A stretch of DNA of 34,762 nucleotides from Mycoplasmatota bacterium (lineage in GTDB: Bacteria; Bacillota_I; Bacilli_A; RF39; UBA660): NCBI GenBank assembly GCA_012727915.1, contig JAAYGD010000001.1, forward strand, positions 1-34,762, given 5' to 3'. The stretch's first letter is position 1; the number at the start of each line of letters is the position of its first letter. Position numbers and translations under genes: made by a program. Below, piece after piece: positions 31,677 through 34,762 of the stretch. The notes below the pieces were generated by a model, which had not been told where the DNA came from, searched no databases, and was given only the letters and a program-made list of their open reading frames with translations.

Positions 31677-33989
31677 TTACATTATTTCTGTATACATATT
31701 AAACATAGGTAATATTACAGACATTAATATTATACCAACTAATACAGTTAAAAACACTATCATTAATGGTTCTATAAAAGTTTTTATTTGAGTAACAGAG
31801 TTTTTATGTTGCAATTGGAAGTAATCAGACACCTTCATCATCATATCTCCAAGTTCTCCAGTTTTTTCTCCTGTAAGCAACATTTCATATGCAATTACTG
31901 GGAAAGCCCAATGATTTTTAAATGCATTAGAAATAATTCCACCTTTAGCCAAATTAGTAATTGTATCAAATATTAACATCTTATATATTTCATTATTTGT
32001 AATCTTACTTAACACTTCCATACTATCTGTTATGAATACATTGTGATTTAATAAAGATCCAAATGTTTTTGTAAATGTAGTTACTTCATTATATATAATA
32101 ATTTTACCAAATACCGCAACATGCATAGTTGCCCATTGTACTATCGTTCTAAATGCCTTTACCGACTTATATAATGCTTTAAATATTAAAAATATAGCAA
32201 ATAATCCCATCAATAAATAAAATATATTTTTTCTCAAGAAATTACTAGTATCAATGATTATCTTTGTAATGGTTGGTAATTCTGCGTCCATTTCTTTATA
32301 TATACCAACAAACTCTGGTATAACAAATATTAATATAAATATTATTACACCAGTTGCAAAAACAAATATTACTAACGGATAAGTCATAGCTGATTTCATT
32401 TGTTTTCTAGTTTTATTCATTTCATCATAGTAAGTAGCCATATCATCTAAAACTTCAGGAAGGTTTCCTGATAACTCGGATGATTTTATCATATTAACTA
32501 ATAATCTTGGAAAAGAATCTCCTTGTTTTTCAAGAGCGCTACTAAAATTTTCTCCCATTGTTAATTCATAATTTAATGATTTATATAAATTTTTATACTT
32601 TCTTTTATCAGTTTGTTTTTCTAATATTTTTATAGCTTCAAGTAAAGGTAATCCAGATTTTAAGAAAGTAGACAATTGTGTTAAGAAGAAAACCAAATCC
32701 GCTCTTTTAATTTTTCCTCTTACTAATTTAGTTAATACATCTTGACCATAATTTCTTTGAGGTGTAATTTCATATACCTCATAACCTTCCGCAAGTAAAT
32801 AAGAGTGAACTTCAAGTTTAGAAAATGCTGGAAAAACTCCTCTTTCAAGTTCCCCTGTTTCTAATTTTTTAGCAACATATGTAAAATATATTTTTTGTTC
32901 ACTACGAACAGCATCTTCTCCTTCAAAATCAATCAAAAGAACTTGTCTTTCCATTTCGGCTTTATTTTCTCTATACCTAACAAATGCAAGATTTTTATAC
33001 CATTTCTTAATCTTTTGTTTTAAAGGAATATTTTTTTCTTCTTTTTGCTTTTCTTTTTGTTCTAATTTTGCTTTTTTAATCTTTATCGCATTTTCTTTTC
33101 TTCTTTTAGATTCAGATTCTTTTGCAGCTTTAAGTTTGGATTCAGTTTCAATTTTTTCAATCAATTGTTTTTCTTTTAATTTCTTTTGTTCAGCTTTAGC
33201 AATAATTTTTTCTTCAGCTTTTTTTCTTTTTTCTTCCTTTTTTTGTAATTTTAATTCTAATTTCTTTTGTTTTTTTGGTTCTAATTCCTGTTTCTTTAAT
33301 TCTTTTAATCTTTTAGCTTCTTCAATTCTTTTAATTTTTTGTTCTTTTTTAAGAATCTTTTCTTGTTCTTTTCTTATTCTATTAACTTCTTTTAATGTTT
33401 CTTTATCAATGTTCTTATTAATAATTTCATTATTACTCTTTTGCTTGTTTCTTTTTTCTAGTTTTCTTTTTTCTCTTAACGCTATTTTATATTCTTTCTT
33501 TCTTTTCTTTTCTTCTATTCTTTGTAATCTTTCTTGTTCTTTTTTTGCTTTACTTGCGTTATTCAAAGCTTTTTTATCTATATCTTTTTTATTATCCGGT
33601 TTTTTTCTTCTTTCTAGTTTCTTTTTTTCTTTTAACGCTATTTTATATTCTTTCTTTCTTTTCTTTTCTTCTATTCTTTGTAATCTTTCTTGTTCTTTTT
33701 TTGCTTTATTTGTAATCTTCAATACTTTATTCTTTTTATTTTCATTTAATATTTTTTTATTTTTATCTTTTTTAAATGGTAATAATATTGTATTTTTTAA
33801 TATTAATTCTAAGCCATAATAAAAATATATAAATGATTTTACTGGGATCATTAATATTTGTCTTAATCCTTCTAAGAAAAAGACTATAATTTTTTTTATT
33901 AATTTAAAAGGAAAAAGAACACTCCTCTTTATAAAAGAAGTATTTTTTTTCAATGGAGACGATAACAAATTGTGTGTCTTTTTTTCCAT
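31677..33989 (-). CDS. pilC: Type IV pilus platform protein PilC (GspF family) with a long charged N-terminal extension
   Basis: C-terminal ~400 aa: QLSTFLKSGLPL, GENFS.AL, SGNL, AMTYP, GEKTGEL, IEP; preceded by ~365 aa of K/E/R-rich sequence. Confidence 0.94.
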   Translation of the reverse strand: MEKKTHNLLSSPLKKNTSFIKRSVLFPFKLIKKIIVFFLEGLRQILMIPVKSFIYFYYGLELILKNTILLPFKKDKNKKILNENKKNKVLKITNKAKKEQERLQRIEEKKRKKEYKIALKEKKKLERRKKPDNKKDIDKKALNNASKAKKEQERLQRIEEKKRKKEYKIALREKRKLEKRNKQKSNNEIINKNIDKETLKEVNRIRKEQEKILKKEQKIKRIEEAKRLKELKKQELEPKKQKKLELKLQKKEEKRKKAEEKIIAKAEQKKLKEKQLIEKIETESKLKAAKESESKRRKENAIKIKKAKLEQKEKQKEEKNIPLKQKIKKWYKNLAFVRYRENKAEMERQVLLIDFEGEDAVRSEQKIYFTYVAKKLETGELERGVFPAFSKLEVHSYLLAEGYEVYEITPQRNYGQDVLTKLVRGKIKRADLVFFLTQLSTFLKSGLPLLEAIKILEKQTDKRKYKNLYKSLNYELTMGENFSSALEKQGDSFPRLLVNMIKSSELSGNLPEVLDDMATYYDEMNKTRKQMKSAMTYPLVIFVFATGVIIFILIFVIPEFVGIYKEMDAELPTITKIIIDTSNFLRKNIFYLLMGLFAIFLIFKALYKSVKAFRTIVQWATMHVAVFGKIIIYNEVTTFTKTFGSLLNHNVFITDSMEVLSKITNNEIYKMLIFDTITNLAKGGIISNAFKNHWAFPVIAYEMLLTGEKTGELGDMMMKVSDYFQLQHKNSVTQIKTFIEPLMIVFLTVLVGIILMSVILPMFNMYTEIM
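33476..33708. repeat. 77-bp perfect direct repeat (33476-33552 and 33632-33708) inside pilC, period 156 bp
   Basis: Both copies encode KAKKEQERLQRIEEKKRKKEYKIAL with identical nucleotides. Confidence 0.95.
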
Positions 33990-34031
33990 TTAGTAACACA
34001 CCTCCATAGCCAACCCCTGTATCTTGATTTT

Positions 34032-34059
34032 ATTATATCACAAAAAGAGATATTTTGAA
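34032..34059 (-). promoter_or_regulatory. Putative promoter of pilC-pilD
   Basis: TGTGATATAAT extended -10 (34042-34032), weak TTCAAA -35. Confidence 0.6.
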
Positions 34060-34083
34060 CATTTATTAATAATTTATAACATG

Positions 34084-34109
34084 AAAAAAGATAGAATAAT
34101 CTATCTTTT
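34084..34109 (-). terminator. Intrinsic terminator after the Cys-rich gene
   Basis: AAAAGATAGA-N4-TCTATCTTTT hairpin with T6 on the minus strand. Confidence 0.8.
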
Positions 34110-34114
34110 AATTA

Positions 34115-34762
34115 TTAATTATATACTACTCTATTTTGACATTGTAATGTGCCTGATGCTGTACAAGCTGTTGTTGTCCAAGATCCAAAACTATTCCATG
34201 TTGCACAACTTCCTTGAGCATATGTTTCGCATCCACAAGTCGCTGCGCGACATGAGTTATATGTTTGACATCCACATCCACTTGTTCTACATGAATTGTA
34301 TCCACAGGCTGATGCATTTGCACATGAATTGTACGATGTACAACTTCCCGTATATGTTCTTTTTATGTATGTACTAATTCCAGTTTGTTTCCATGTAGGT
34401 GTTTGATCACACCCTTTAGCACCTGATTCGCTTCTACATTTTGTTTCACACCTATTTGAAGTTGTAGACCAAGATATGGAACTGGCTCCTTTTAAACAAC
34501 TACAAGTACAAGTATATGCGTTTACGTTACATGTGTTATAAACTTGATTTGGTCCTGCTGACCCTGATGCAGAGCAGCTACTTGGATATGTTTTGCTCTC
34601 AACATAATTTCCCCACCATGCACAACTACATGATGAGTTTGGACATGATGCTGCTCCACATGCTGAATTTGCACAAGATTTATAAGTGGCACACGTACAA
34701 GATGAATTTGGACAGCTCTTGTATTGAGTACATGCTCCATTGTTATATGTTGCACAAGATGC
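34115..34762 (-). CDS. C-terminal 215 aa of a cysteine-rich, probably extracellular protein (5' end off window)
   Basis: Not in ORF track. Open frame ASCATYNNGACTQYKSCPNSSCTC...WNSFGSWTTTACTASGTLQCQNRVVYN* ending TAA 34117-34115; 30 Cys; followed by a terminator. Confidence 0.9.
   Translation of the reverse strand, partial: ASCATYNNGACTQYKSCPNSSCTCATYKSCANSACGAASCPNSSCSCAWWGNYVESKTYPSSCSASGSAGPNQVYNTCNVNAYTCTCSCLKGASSISWSTTSNRCETKCRSESGAKGCDQTPTWKQTGISTYIKRTYTGSCTSYNSCANASACGYNSCRTSGCGCQTYNSCRAATCGCETYAQGSCATWNSFGSWTTTACTASGTLQCQNRVVYN

Noticed and set aside
15319..31976. Other short antisense ORFs (15319, 18617, 23069, 25802, 29806, 31600, 31788)
   Set aside because: Each overlaps a confidently assigned gene on the opposite strand.
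33136..33819. 227-aa Phe/Leu/Ser-rich + strand ORF
   Set aside because: Reverse complement of the Lys/Glu codons of the PilC extension.
22471..34042. Recurring TGATATAAT in intergenic regions as a novel regulator site
   Set aside because: It is the ordinary extended -10 element of Bacillota sigma-A promoters.
34024..34755. Three short ORFs in the track at the right edge
   Set aside because: Wrong-frame or antisense readings of the Cys-rich gene at 34762-34115.

Overview
A very AT-rich chromosomal window from a low-GC Bacillota (Bacilli-like, genetic code 11), almost entirely on the minus strand. The centre is housekeeping: mtaB, hrcA-grpE-dnaK-dnaJ with a CIRCE operator, yqeG-yqeH, trmH-family, hemW, lepA, glyQS-recO-era-cdd-dgkA-ybeY, yqeY-rpsU-rpmF, an ABC-2 exporter, tmcAL, and serS with a Ser T-box. 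Type IV pilus genes flank it: PilD, a PilC with a ~365-aa charged N-terminal extension, and two prepilins that share a ~125-aa N-terminal domain but carry unrelated C-terminal modules (mosaic Ig-like repeats versus BspA-type LRR). The right edge holds the 3' end of a Cys-rich protein with mirror-symmetric cysteine spacing. Three probable genes are missing from the ORF track: the >723-aa pilin running off the left edge, the Cys-rich ORF entering from the right edge, and an 84-aa CTG-start ORF behind a single-domain Clp-like ATPase. Other oddities are an isolated rnfC-rnfD pair whose RnfD lacks the flavinylation motif, and a T-box that overlaps the upstream CDS and is bypassed by a second promoter. 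No rRNA, tRNA, CRISPR array or mobile element was recognised. All calls come from manual reading; no searches were run.
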